Source: Mobula hypostoma (Eukaryota). From it: 64,000 nucleotides of DNA. Position 1 is the first letter of the stretch, and each line of letters opens with the position of its first letter. The notes under the pieces were generated by a model that had not been told where the DNA came from, made no database searches, and saw only the letters and a program-made list of their open reading frames with translations. The stretch spans positions 38,256,001 to 38,320,000 of the forward strand of contig NC_086108.1 of assembly GCF_963921235.1 (NCBI RefSeq), in the 5' to 3' direction. Of the stretch, positions 1-12,560 are shown one piece after another. The position numbers were made by a program, and so were the translations under genes.

Positions 1-990
1 TCAAAACATTCAATCAGGCTCATAAGGCACGGCCTGCCTTTGACAAAGCCATGCTGACTAGTTCTAATCAAATTATGCCTCTCCAAATGTTCATAAATCC
101 TACCTCTCAGGATCTTCTCCATCAACTTACCAACCACTGAAGTAAGACTCACTTATCTATAATTTCCTGGGCTATCTCTACCTTCTTTCTTGAATAAGGG
201 AACAACATCCGCAACCCTCCAATCCTCTGGAACCTCTCCCGTCCCTCATCATCGCCACAGGCTCAGCAATCTCCTCCCTCACCTGGGGTGCATCTCGTCC
301 AGTCTTGATGTTTTCCAAAAGCTCCAGCACATCCTCTTCCTTAATATCTACATGCTCAAGCTTTGCAGTCCGCTATAAGTCATCCCTACAATTGCCAAGA
401 TCCTTTTCCATAGCAAATACTGATGCAAAGTATTCATTAAGTACCTCTGCTATCTTCTCCGGTTCCATGCACACTTTTCCACTGTCACACTTGATTGGTC
501 TTATTCTCTCACGTCTTATCCTCTTGCTCTTCACATACTTGTAGAATGACCTGGGGTTTTCTTTAATCCTGTCTGCCAAGGCCTCTCATGGCCCCTTCTG
601 TCTCTCCTAATTTCTTTCTTAAGGTCCTTCCTGCTAGCCTTATAATCTTCTAGATCTCTATCATTACCTAGTTTTTTGAACCGTTCCTAAGCTCTTCTTT
701 TCTTCTTGACTAGATTTACAACAGTCTTTGTACACCACGGTTCCTGTACCTTACCATCCTTTCCCTGTCTCATTAGAATGTAGCTATGCAGAACTCCATG
801 CAAATATCCCCTGAACATTTGCCACATTTGTTCCGTACGTTTCCGAGAACATCTGTTTCCAATTTATGCTTCCAAGTTCCTGCCTGATAGCCTCATATGT
901 CCCCTTACTCCAATTAAATGCCTTCCTACCTTGTCTGTTCCTATCCCTCTCCAATGCTATGGTAATGCAGATCGAATTGTGATCACAAAA
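1..990 (-). mobile_element. CR1 LINE ORF2 fragment (linker to start of RT), runs off window edge
   Basis: Minus ORFs 373..579 (ADRIKENPRSFYKYVKSKRIRRERI) and 784..996 closely match the CR1 copy at ~18840-19830; stops and frameshifts present. Confidence 0.9.
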
Positions 991-1465
991 ATCCAAGAAA
1001 GTGGCTAACCCCTAAGATCAGGTTTTACCTCAGTGGAATTTTAATTTAACAATTTCCAATTATACCCTTGTGGTATTGTTGATAGTATTCGGTTACAGAA
1101 TGATATTGGTCAGCTGATAAATTTTGTAAAGTGATGATATGTGTCAGGTGATTCATCCTGGGGAGATGTAACACACAATGATTGATAAAGTATTAAGAAA
1201 CAGAGGGATCTTCATATATATATCAACAGATCTCTAAAGGTGACCACAAAAGGTAAAAGGCATGCTGGATGATTCTGCTCTTTGTCAGGACACCGAGTAT
1301 AAGAGCAGGGGCATTATTATAGAAATATAAAATACAAAACATATGGAACAATTCAACACAGGAACAGAACCTTTACCCCAATGTGCCTTTACTCACAATG
1401 GTGGGCTCATTTGGTTGTCTTTGTTTTCCCTGACAGAGACTGAAAGGGGATCGGATAAAGGTGTA

Positions 1466-3055
1466 CAGGTGTCCCCCGCTTTTCGAACGTTCGCTTTACG
1501 AAACCTCACTGTTACGAAAGACCTACATTAGTGCCCTGCTTTTGCTTTCAGAAGGTGTTTTCACTGTTACGAAAAGAAAGCAGTGTGTGATAAAAAATTA
1601 GCGCGCGAAAAAAAACAGCGCATGATAAAAGGCAGAGCGCACCCCGAGCAGCCGCTCTCCCCAGATTTGGAACTGCATTCTCGCTGGCATTGCTTAAACA
1701 CGAGCCTGTGAGCAGCCGTTTGCAAGACGAGTTCGAAGGTATCAGAAAAACCTGAAAGAGCTCATAAGGGTGTTACACTTAGTGTAAAACTAGACATAAT
1801 TAAGCGTTTTGATCATGGTGAAAGAAATAAGGACAACGTGAGTTTGGCTTGTGGAAGCTGACGAAGATGATGTTGAAGAGGTTTTGGATTCCCATAACCA
1901 AGAACTGACAGGTGAAGAGCTGATGCAATTGGAAGAGGAAAGGATAACAATCAAAACCGAATGAGTAATGATAAAGTACGACTTCAATTTTGAAAGGGTA
2001 CGTCGGTTTAGGGGATATTTGCAGGATGGTTTGAGTCCTTACAAAGAACTGTGTGATAGAAAAATGCACGAGGCTCAGCAGTCAAGCAAGGCTTCCACAT
2101 CAGCCACAGCAGACGACGAACCTCGACCTTCGACATCAAGGCGGGCAGAGATAGAAGAAGATGAGCTGCCTGCTCTAATGGAAACACACGATGACGAGCT
2201 GACACCCCAGAGTTCCACCACCCCAACCCCCAGGTCACGGACAGATACCGATTCGCGGAGAATGCAACAGTAGCTGGGAGGCACACAGCGCATTTTTAAG
2301 AAAAAAGCCGAAATAAACATGCTAATTAATTAGGTGCCGCCGACACGTAATTGTCCGCCCAGATCAAAGATGACGCAATCAGCAATCCGCACTGATCTGG
2401 GCCGACAATTACGTGCCGGGCGACACCTAATTAATTAGCATGTTTACTTCGGCTTTTTTCTTAAAGATGTGCTGTGTGCCTCCTGACTATCGCTGCATTC
2501 CTGCATGCTTCGCGGCAATGTATCGCTCGGCAGCCTGGAGGGTGGGGGTCACTGCACCATCCCAACCTGCGATGACTCAGTCTAACACACCATCATCAGT
2601 GTGCTCGGCGCTGTCTTCCCGATTCCGTTAATTGATTCTACACTGTACATACATTATTTCTACTCTATATAGGCTGTGTATTTTTACGCGTTATTTGGTA
2701 TGATTTGACAGCTTCATAGCTTAAAGGCTACTGGAGAGTGCTTGCGCCGTGTTTTTGCCAACCGCGCTTGCATAAGATTTTCGCTACGGAGAACAGTTCA
2801 ATAATGATGTGGAAAAGTATTTCTACTTTATATAGGCTGTGTATTTATCCTATCATTCCTGCTTTTACTATATGTTACTGTTATTTTAGGTTTTATGTGT
2901 TGTTTGGCATGATTTGGTAGGTTGTTTTTGGGTTTGTGAATGCTCACAAAATTTTCCCATATAAATAAATGGTAATTGCTTCTTCGCTTTATGACATTTC
3001 GGCTTACAAACCGTTTCATAAGAACGCTCTACCTTCGGATGGAGGGGGAAACCTG
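1466..3055 (+). mobile_element. Tigger/pogo-family (Tc1/mariner) DNA transposon, internally deleted
   Basis: Imperfect TIRs: CAGGTGTCCCCCGCTTTTCGAA versus reverse complement of the right end CAGGTTTCCCCCTCCATCCGAA. TA on both sides (1464-65, 3056-57). Residual CENP-B-like HTH (KGVTLSVKLDIIKRFDHGERNKD, ~1766-1835) is joined directly to an acidic C-terminal piece (EDDVEEVLDSHNQELTGEELMQLEEE); no DDD domain. Confidence 0.9.
2244..2524. repeat. ~280-bp imperfect palindrome inside the Tigger element
   Basis: Arms of ~125 bp (e.g. AAGAAAAAAGCCGAAATAAACATGCTAATTAATTAGGTG / CACCTAATTAATTAGCATGTTTACTTCGGCTTTTTTCTT). ORFs 2075..2320(-) and 2440..2631(+) begin with near-identical peptides. Confidence 0.92.
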
Positions 3056-3249
3056 TACAAAGTTATGAGTGCCATGGATGCAGTGAATATTGAGGAAGTA
3101 AAGTAGTGAGAAGAGTTCTAAAACCAGAGGGCCCAAGTTTAAAATGAGGAATAGGAGTGTTAGATGGGAGCTGAGGAAATATGTTTTCATCCGTGTTGTT
3201 ACTGGAATCCTGAACACCCTGCCTGACAAAGGTGACAGGTAGACAATAA

Positions 3250-6200
3250 GATCATAAGACATTGGAGCAATATCAGGACACTCAGCCCATCAAGTCTACT
3301 CCATGATAAAGAATGGTAGGGTGAAGGAACCATGGGTGACAAGTGAGGTGGAAAATCTAGTCAGGAGGAAGAAGGCAGCAGACATGATGTTTAGGAAGCA
3401 AGGATCAGATGGGTCTATTGAGGAATATAGGGAAGCAAGAAAGGAGCTTAAGAAGGGGCTGAGAAGAGCAAGAAGGGGGCATGAGAAGGCCTTGGTGAGT
3501 AGGGTAAAGGAAAACCCCAAGGCATTCTTCAATTATGTGAAGAAAAAAAGGATGACAGGAGTGAAGATAGGACCAATTAGAGATAAAGGTGGGAAGATGT
3601 GCTTGGAGGCACTTCTCTTCGGTATTCACCAATGAGAGGGAACTTGATGATGGTGAGGACAATATGAGTGAGGTTGATGTTCTGGAGCATGCTGATATAA
3701 AGGGAGAGGAGGTGTTGGAGTTGTTAAAATACTTTAGGACAGATAAGTCCCCGGGGCCTGACGGTATATTCCCCATGCTGCTCCACGAGGCGAGAGAAGA
3801 GATTGCTGAGCCTCTGGCTAGGATCTTTATGTCCTCGTTGTCCACGGGAATGGTACCGGAGGGTTGGAGGGAGGCAAATGTTGTTCCCTTGTTCAAAAAA
3901 GGTAGTAGGGATAGTCCGGGTAATTATAGACCAGTGAGCCTTACGTCTGTGGTGGGAAAGCTGTTGGAAAAGATTCTTAGAGATAGGATCTATAGGCATT
4001 TAGAGAATCATGGTCTGATCAGGGACAGTCAGCATGGCTTTGTGAAGGGCAGATCGTGTCTAATAAGCCTGATAGAGTTCTTTAAGGAGGTGACCAGGCA
4101 TATAGATGAGGGTAGTGCAGTGGATGTAATCTATATGGATTTTAGTAAGGCATTTGACAAGGTTCCCCATGGTAGGCTTATTCAGAAAGTGAGAAGGCAT
4201 GGGATCCAGGGGAGTTTGGCCAGGTGGATTCAGAATTGGCTTGCCTGCAGAAGGCAGAGAGTGGTGGTGGAGGGAGTACATTCAGTTGGAGGATTGTGTC
4301 TAGTGGTGTCCCACAAGGATCTGTTCTGGGACCTCTACTTTTCGTGATTTTTATTAACGACCTGGATGTAGGGGTAGAAGGGTGGGTTGGCAAGTTTGAG
4401 ACGACACAAAGGTTGGTGGTGTTGTAGATAGTGTAGAGGATTGTCAAAGATTGCAGAGAGACATTGATAGGATGCAGAAGTGGGCTGAGAAGTGGCAGAT
4501 GGAGTTCAACCCGGAGAAGTGTGAGGTGGTACACTTTGGAAGGACAAACTCCAAGGCAGAGTACAATGTAGATGGCAGGATACTTGGTAGTGTGGAGGAG
4601 CAGAGGGATCTCGGGGTACATGTCCACAGTTCCCTGAAAGTTGCCTCACAGGTGGATAGGGTAGTTAAGAAAGCTTATGGGGTGTTAGCTTTCATAAGTC
4701 GAGGGATAGAGTTTAAGAGTCGCGATGTAATGATGCAGCTCTATAAAACTCTGGTTAGGCCACACTTGGAGTACTGCGTCCAGTTTTGGTCACCTCACTA
4801 TAGGAAGGATGTGGAAGCATTGGAAAGGGTACAGAGGAGATTTACCAGAATGCTGTCTGGTTTAGAGAGTATGGATTATGATCAGAGATTAAGGGAGCTA
4901 GGGCTTTACTCTTTGGAGAGAAGGAGGATGAGAGGAGACATGATAGAGGTGTACAAGATAATAAGAGGAATAGATAGAGTGGATAGCCAGCGCCTCTTCC
5001 CCAGGGCACCACTGCTCAATACAAGAGGACATGGCTTTAAGGTAAGGGGTGGGAAGTTCAAGGGGGATATTAGCGGAAGGTTTCTTACTCAGAGAGTGTT
5101 TGGTGCGTGGAATGCACTGCCTGAGTCAGTGGTGGAGGCAGATACACTAGTGAAGTTTAAGAGACTACTAGACAGGTATATGGAGGAATCTAAGGTGGGG
5201 GCTTATATGGGAGGCAGGGTTTGAGGGTCGGCACAACATTGTGGGCCGAAGGGCCTGTACTGTGCTGTACTATTCTGTGTTCTATTCTGTTCCATCATTG
5301 ATGATCCCGAATCCCACTCAATTCTATACACCTGCCTTTTTCGCCATATCCTTTGATGTCCTGACCAACTTCCGCCTTAAATATATGCACAGACTTGGTT
5401 TCCACCACAGTCTATGGCAGAGCATTCCACAGATTTACCACTCTCTGGCTAAAAAATTTCCTCCTAACCTTCAAGGTTGCCCCTCAGTTTTGAGGCTGTG
5501 CTCTCTAGTTCTGGAAACATCCTCTCCACATCCACCCTATCTAGTCCTTTCAACAGTTGGTAGGTTTCAATGAGATCTCCATGCATTCTTTGAAATTCCA
5601 GTGAGCAAAGGCCCAAAGCTGCCAAACATTCCTCATATGTTAACCTCTTCATTCCTGGAATTATCCTCATGAATCTCCTCTGGGCTCTCTCCAATGACAA
5701 CACATCCTTTCTGAGATATGGAGCCCAAAAATGTTGACAATAGTGCAGCCTGCCTAGTGTCTCATAAAGGTTCAGCATTATCTCCTTGCTTTTATATTCT
5801 ATGCCCCTTGAAATAAATGCCAACAATTCACTTGCCTTCTTTACCACACACTCAACCTGTAAATTAACCTTCTGGGAGTCTTGCACGAGGATTCCAAAGT
5901 CCCTCTGCACCTCTGACGTTTGAATCTTCTCCCCATTGAGATAATAGTCTGCACTATTGTTCCTTTTACCACAATGCATTAACATACATTTTCCAACACT
6001 GTATTCCATCTGCTACTTTTTTGCCCATTCTTCTAAGTTGTCTAAGTCCTGCTGCAATCATATTGATTCCTCCGCACTACCTACCCCTCCTCCTATCTTC
6101 ATCTCTTCTGCAAACATTGCCACAAAGCTGTCAATTCTATTATCCAAATCACTGACAATGTGAAAAGTAGCGATCCTAATACTGACCCCTGAGGAACACC

Positions 6201-6690
6201 ACTAGTCACTGGCAGCCAACCAGAAAAGGCCCCCTTTATTTCCCACTCGCTGCCTCCTGCCTGTCAGCCATTCCGCTATCCATGCCAGTTTCTTTCCTGC
6301 AATGCCACAGGATTTTATCTTCTTCAGCAGCCTCTTGCGTGCCATCTTTTCAAACACCTGAAACCCTAAGTAAATGACAGCTACTGCCTCTCCCTTGTCT
6401 GCCCTGCTTGTTACCTCTTCAAAGAGCTCTAACAGATCTGTCAGGCAAGATGTCCTTTTACAGAAACCATGTTGACTTTGACTTATTTTATCATTAACGT
6501 CAAAGTACTCCAAAACCTCATCCTTAATAATATACTCCAACACTTTCCCAGCCACTGAGGTTATGCTAAATGACCTAATTTCATTTCTTTTGCCTTCCTC
6601 CTTTCTTAAAAAGTAGAGAGACATCTGCAATCTTCCAGTCTTCCAGGATCATGCCAGAATCAAGTGATTCTTGAAAGATCACGACCAATG
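3250..6690 (-). mobile_element. CR1 LINE (different subfamily), degraded, interrupted near its 3' end by the CR1 at 3305-5292
   Basis: Minus ORFs 5464..6009 and 6202..6630 are CR1 RT/C-terminal peptides; its 3' terminal sequence continues at 3250-3304. Confidence 0.85.
3305..5292 (+). mobile_element. 5'-truncated CR1 LINE (RT and C-terminus of ORF2) with 3' microsatellite tail
   Basis: ORFs 3303..3635, 3589..4347 (KSPGPDG, NYRPVSLTS, YMDFSKAFDKV), 4224..4427 (GVPQGSVLGP), 4451..5224; tail TATTCTGTGTTCTATTCTGTTC. Confidence 0.95.
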
Positions 6691-6915
6691 CACTACGTCA
6701 CTTTTTTCTTTAATATACAGTATTTCTGTTTTTGAATGTTGTTTTAAATCTATTCAATATACGTAATTGATTTATTTGTTTATTTATTATTATGTTTTAT
6801 TTTATTATTTTTTTTTTCTCTCTGCTAGATTATGTATTGCATTGAACTGCTGCTGCTGAGTTAACAAATTTTACGTCACATGCCGGTGATAATAAACCTG
6901 ATTCTGATTCTGATT
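6691..6915 (+). mobile_element. Rex1/Babar-type LINE 3' UTR fragment with (GATTCT)n tail
   Basis: Inverted homolog of 7489-7690; ends AATAAACCTGATTCTGATTCTGATTC. Confidence 0.8.
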
Positions 6916-7070
6916 CATACAGTGCAGAAGCAGGTCCTTTGACTCACCAGGTCCATGAGGACCATCACATATTTATTCTTACTACTCCCATTTCCCAGCA
7001 CCTGGTCTGTAGCCTTCTATGCTTTTGTGATTGAAGTGCGTATACAGATACTGTACTTTCTAAATGTTGT

Positions 7071-7488
7071 GATAGTAAAGGAACCCCCAGGAGGCAGTGA
7101 TCATAATATAATTGAATTCATACTGCAATTTGAGAAGGAGAAGCATAAGTCACATGTATCAGCATCGCAATGGAATAAAGGGAATTACAGAGGCATGAGA
7201 GAGAATCTTGCCCAGGTGGATTGGAGGAGGATACTGGTGAGGATGACAGCAGAGCAGAGGTGGCTGAAGTTTCTGGGAATAGTTCACAAGGCGCAGGATA
7301 GATATGTCCCATAGATGAAGTTGTTCTCAAATGGCAACTGTGGCTAACAGGGGAAGCTAAGGACTTCATGAAAGCTGAGCAAAGAGAATATAAGGTAGCA
7401 AAAGTGAGTGGGAAGTTGAATGTTTAGGAAGCTTTTAAAATCCAACAAAAGGCAACTAAAAAAGCTATAAGAAAGATAAAGATGAAAT
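7071..7488 (+). mobile_element. CR1 ORF2 fragment (end of APE domain and linker)
   Basis: EPPGGSDHNIIEF...WNKGNYRGMRENLAQVDW in ORF 6955..7314. Confidence 0.8.
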
Positions 7489-9945
7489 ATCAGAATCAGG
7501 TTTATTATCACTGGCATGTAACATTGAATTTGTTAATTTAGCAGCAGCAGTTCAATGCAATATATAATCTATCAGAGAGAGAAAAACAAAGTAATAAATA
7601 AATAAACAAGTAAATCAATTGCGTATATTAAAAAAATGTGCAAACATAGAAATACTGTATATTTAAAAAAGTGAGGTAGTGTCCAAAGTTTCAATGTCCA
7701 TTTAGGAATCAGATGACAGAGGGGAAGAAGCTGTTCCTGAATCGCTAAGTGTGTGCCTTCAGGCTTCTGTACATCTTACCTGATGCTAACAGTGAGAAAA
7801 GGGCATGCCCTGGGTGCTGGAGGTCCTTAATAAAGGACACTGCCGTTCTGAGACACTGCTTCCTGAAGATGTCCAGGGTACTTTGTAGGCTAGTACCCAA
7901 GATGGAGCTGACTAGATTTACAATTTTCTGCAGCTTCTTTCGGTCCTGTGCAGTAGCCACTCCATACCAGACAGTGATGCAGCCTGTCAGAATGCTCTCC
8001 ATGGTACATCTATTGAAGTTTTTGTGTGTATTTATTGACATGCCAAATCTCCTTAAACTCCTAACAAAGTATAGCTGCTGTCTTACCTTCTTTATAGCTA
8101 CATAGATATGTTGGGACCAGGTTAGATCCTCAAGATATCTTGGCACCCAGAAACTTGAAGCTGCTCACTCTCTCCACATCTGATCCCTCTATGAGGATTG
8201 GTATGTGTTCCTTCGTCTTACCCTTCCTGAAGTCCACAATCAGCTCTTTCGGCTTACTGACGTTGAGTGCCAGGTTATTGTTGTGGCACCACTCCACTAG
8301 TTGGCATATCTCACTCCTGTACGCCCTCTCGTCACCACCTGAGATTCTATCAACAATGGTTGTATCGTCAAATTTGTAGATGGTGTCTGAGCTATGCCAA
8401 GGCACACAGTCATGTGTGTACAGAAAGAGCAATGGACTAAGCACACACCCCTGAGGTGCGCCAGTGTTGATCATCAGCGAAAAGGGTATGTTATCATCAA
8501 TCTGCACAGATTGTGGTCTTCTGATTAGGAAGTCAAGGATCCAATTGGAGAAGGAGGTACAGAGGTCCAGGTTCTGAAACTTCTCAAACAGGATTGTGGC
8601 AATGATGGTATTAAATGCTGAGTTATAATTGATGAACAACATCCTGACATAGGTGTTTGAGTTGTCCAGATGGTCTAAAGCTGTGTGGAGAGCCATTGAG
8701 ATTGAGACTGCCGATGACCTATTCTGGCAGTAGGCAAATTGTAATGGGTCCTGGTCCTTGCTGAGGCAGGAAGGAGTTCAGTCTAGTCATACCCAACCTC
8801 TCAAAGCATTTCTTCACTGTCGATGCGAGTGCTGCCGGGCGATAGTCATTAAAGCAGCCCGCATTATTCTTCTTAGGCACTGGTATAACTGTTGCCTTTT
8901 TGAAGCATGTGGGAACTTCTGTCTGTAGCAGTGACAGGTTGAAAATGTCCTTGAATACTCCCGCTAGTTGGTTGGCACAGGTTTTCAGAGCTTTACGAGG
9001 TACTCCATCAGGACATTCTGCCTTGTGAGGATTCACTCTCTTTTAAGACAGTCTAACCTCGGCCTCTGAGACGGAGATCACAGGGTCATCAGGTGCAGCA
9101 GGGATCTTCACAGCTGTAGTTGTGTTCTCCCTGTCAAAATGTGCACAGAAGGCGTTGAGTTCATCTGGTAGTGAAGCATCGCTGCCATTCATGCTATTAG
9201 GTTTTGTTTTGTAGGAAGTAATGTCTTGCAGACCCTGCCAGAGTTGCAGTATATCTGATATCGCCTCTAACCTCATTCAAAATTGTCTGTTTGCCCTTGA
9301 AATAGCCCTATCATTCCTGGTTTTCTGGCACAGGCCTGGGTTGCCAGACTTGAATGCCACAGATCTAGCCTTCAGCAGACAACATACCTCCTGGTTCATC
9401 CATGGCTTTTGGTTTGGGAATGTACAGTAAGTCTTTGTGGGCACATTCCTCCACACAGGTTTTAATGAAGTCAGTAGCAACTGCAGCATACTCATCCAGG
9501 TTCCAAGATGAATCCCTGAATACAGTCCAGTCCACCGATTCAAAGCAGTCCCATAAGCGCTCCTGTGTTTCCCTTGTCCATACTTTCTTGGTCCTCACTG
9601 CTGGTACTGCAGTCTTCAGTCTCTGCCTATACTCAGGGAGTAGAAGTACAACTAGGTGATCAGACTTCCCAATGTGAGGGCATGGAATAGCAGAGTTGGC
9701 ATTCTTGATGGTGGTGTAGCAATGGTCGAGTGTGTTGTTTCCTTTGGTATTGCAAGTGATCTGTTGATGGTAGTTGCTTAGTGATTTTTTTCAGACTGGC
9801 CTGGTTAAAATCTCCCAAGACGATGATGAACGTGTCCTGTTTCGTGCATGTTGATCCCATTACTCAGATCATCTGGAGCCTGCTGGACATTGGCCTGAGG
9901 TGGAATGTAAACCACTCCGGAATGACCCCAGAGAACTCCTGTGGT
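7489..9945 (-). mobile_element. Rex1/Babar-clade LINE, 5'-truncated, decayed (APE end + RT + C-terminus)
   Basis: Minus ORFs: IIVLGDFNQASLK, CFNDYRPAALAS, VRMLFINYNSAFNTI, GAPQGCVLSPLLF, KFDDTTIV, ESILTGCITVWYG; 3' (GATTCT)-type tail at ~7489. Confidence 0.9.
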
Positions 9946-10784
9946 AGGTATAAAGTATGAATCTATACTGTCAAACCTCCTGGTCAAGTTGGTGTTAAAG
10001 GCATTTGTTGCAAACATAATTAGTGCCTATGAAAACTTTACTTTGAAATTTACTGTTCATTTTATGGAAGACTTATAACATTATATTAATTTATACAACT
10101 ACACAATAATGAATGGTGAGTTTGACTGCATTCTTTTATTGCTCCAGTACACGATGTCCTGAATATACTTCAACAGTAATTAGATTTATAAAGTATTAGC
10201 TACAAGGCCAATTTCTACAAGAATGTCATAAAATCTACATTATTAAACAGCATAAAGGAAAGTAGCAGTATTAAAATGTTCACTCATTGCTTTATTCTGT
10301 TTTGGAGCAGTTAAAGATGTTTTGTTGGAAGCTTCCTGCCAGACTGAATAAATATTTTCCCCAAGGATATAATTTCTTTGGCAGCGTTCTCATCTCAATG
10401 AGCAAAAAGTTACATTCTGAGCTGAATCCTACAGATTGATAGCTGACAATACTGACAGGAACCAGAAACACTCTACAATAATGCTCTAATATTGGTAATT
10501 AAAACATTTGAACTCAGTGAAATGGAGACTGCCTTTGTCATGCTTTAGATTAGATTCTGCACGTACTTAAAAGGGAAGTACACAGTGTTATAAAATGGTT
10601 GCAATAGCATAAAATAGGGACCCTCAACAGTACAATTAGAAAGTAAGTCACGTTTTGGTTTCTCAGCCTTTATGATATTTTTCCCCTTTGTTTGGTGAGG
10701 CTTTAAACAACTCTGTGAAACAAGCTTTTGTATCACTTTCTTGCAATATCAGATTCATGATCCTGAACGACTACGGGGTGTTTG

Positions 10785-11000
10785 ATGGCAGTGTAGTGGT
10801 TAGCGTACACTCTACAGTGGCAGCAACCTGGGTTCAATTCCTCTGTTGTCTGTAAGGAACTTGTACATTCTCCCCATGACTGTCTGTGTTTCCACAAGTG
10901 CTCCAATTTCCTCCTGCATTGCACAGACATACAGGTTAAAGTTTGTAAGTTGTGGGCTTACTATGTTGACATTGGAAGCATTCGTCCGGCACATGCTCAG
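10785..11000 (+). mobile_element. tRNA-derived SINE with V-domain (HE1/V-SINE-like)
   Basis: A box GGCAGTGTAGTGGTTAGC and B box GGTTCAATTCC, followed by V-domain-like TGTAAGGAACTTGTACATTCTCCCCATGACTGTCTGTGTTTCC...TGCTCCAATTTCCTCC. Confidence 0.8.
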
Positions 11001-11099
11001 ACTGTGTTGTTTGTTGGAGAAAGCCAAACTTTCTCTTCACAACTGTGGTTGCTCATTATTTTTTTTTCTGTAGTTCAAGGTTTGCATTCAATATCAATG

Positions 11100-11570
11100 G
11101 AATTGGAACTGATGTATTACAGTCACATACTGAGATACAGCGAAAAGCATACGGTTCATACAGATCAGATCATTACACAGTGCAACAATGTAAAACAATA
11201 ACAATGCAGAATAACATAACAGCTACAGAGAAAGTGCAGTGCAGGTAAACAATAAGATGCACGATCATGAGGTAGAGGTCAAGGTCAAGACTCCATCTTA
11301 CCAAACCAGGGAACATCCAATCGTCTTATAACATTGGGATAGAAGCTGCTCTTGAGAATGTCAGTACATGCTTTCTGGCTTAGCAGCTTCTGCTTGATGG
11401 AAGGGGGAGAAAAGAGAGTGTCGGGGTAGCTGGTGTCTTTTATTATGATAGCTGCTTTACAGAAACAGTGAGAAGTATACACAGTGTCTACTGAAGGGAG
11501 GCTGGTTCCTGCGATGTCCTGAGCTGCATTGACAATACTCTGCATTTCCTTGCGGCCATACACACATAAA
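11100..11570 (-). mobile_element. Rex1/Babar-like LINE 3' fragment
   Basis: ORF 11285..11575 (IVNAAQDIAGTSLPSVDTVYTSHCFCKAAIIIKD) resembles the C-terminus of the other Rex copies. Confidence 0.7.
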
Positions 11571-11614
11571 ATCACAATGTTATCTTGAGTTCTTTTAAAA
11601 AATAATGTGTTTCC

Positions 11615-11882
11615 TATGATGAATAAACTTCCTGGGCTTCCAGCTGGGTACAGGTATTGATTTTAACTAATGTTTCAATGGCAAACTCTGCCATCTTCAT
11701 CAGGGATGATGCCTGGGCATGTTTAGTCTGGTGGTATTTATATCCCCGTAGTCCATCCCTCCTAATTGGTTAGTCCTCGTCCAATCAGGTGTCTACTCTC
11801 CCACCTTGTTTACAATCTTCTTCCAGTTCTTAATAACAGCGAGACCTTCACCTTCGTTAAAATTCTTTTCCTCTAGTTTTAT
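11615..11882 (-). mobile_element. Penelope-like element 3' fragment (GIY-YIG C-terminus + hammerhead-like motif), distinct family
   Basis: Minus strand reads IKLEEKNFNEGEGLAVIKNWKKIV, like the PLE endonuclease end, followed by CTGATGA-AGATGGCAGAGTTTGCCATT-GAAACATT. Confidence 0.65.
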
Positions 11883-11909
11883 GCTGCAGTAACATTTGCC
11901 AGATGGAAG

Positions 11910-12425
11910 CAGCTGAAATAGTTTACGGTTGTGGTGACTGGTGTCCCTGATGATCTTCCAGGCCGTCTTTCTGCACCTGTTGCTATAAATGTCCTAAATG
12001 GAGGGAAGATCATATCCGCAGATGTGACGGGCTGTCAGTACTGCTCTCTGGAGTACCCAGCAATCAAGGTTGGTGCAGTTTCTGTACCAGGCAGTGATAC
12101 AGCCAGTCAATATGCTCTCAATGTTGTCCCTGCAGAAGGTTTTGAGGATTTGGGGGCCCATGCTGAACTTCTTCAGTCATCTGAGGTGCTTTTTTTGCCA
12201 CAAAGCCGGTGTGTACAGTCCAGGTGAAATCATCGGTGATGTGTATACTGAGAAACTTGAAACTACTCCCCCTCTCAACTACAGACTCATTGATGTTAAT
12301 CAGGGCGAGCCTGTCTCCGTTCCTCCTGTAATCCACAATCAGCCCTTTTGTTTTTTGGACATTGAAAGAGAGGTTGTTATCCTGGAACCACTGTGTCAGG
12401 GTGTCAACCTCTCCTCTGCAGGCTC
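11910..12425 (-). mobile_element. Rex1/Babar LINE fragment
   Basis: ORF 12118..12336 (ININESVVERGSSFKFLSIHITDDFTW). Confidence 0.8.
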
Positions 12426-12442
12426 TTGCTCATGAGAAGGAC

Positions 12443-12560
12443 AATAATGATGATGATGATGATGACGTCAACTCAGGCCTGAGAGGCCAGCGTCGGGCAT
12501 TTTTATGCCTTACAAGCGCGGAACAAGAGACTGTGTGGCGTGCCACTCCTCACGCAGTCA
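12443..12560 (-). mobile_element. 3' part of a SINE related to 54417-54637, with (CAT)n tail
   Basis: GAGAGGCCAGCGTCGGGCATTTTTATGCCTTACAAG...GCCACTCCTCAC matches 54447-54521; (GAT)n run at ~12448-12465. Confidence 0.7.

Larger units (their letters stand above)
1060..3250 (+). mobile_element. Old degraded CR1 3' fragment, split by the Tigger element
   Basis: Joining the Tigger flanks at the TA reads RLKGDRIKVYKVMSAMDAV, resembling the CR1 ORF2 C-terminal motif RMRGDLIEVYKIMRGIDRV. Confidence 0.65.

Noticed and set aside
10545..10736. 63-aa minus ORF in unique-looking sequence
   Set aside because: No recognisable domain; length within chance expectation.
10785..10860. tRNA gene
   Set aside because: A and B boxes are present but there is no complete cloverleaf, and it continues into a SINE body; the same applies to 54570-54637.
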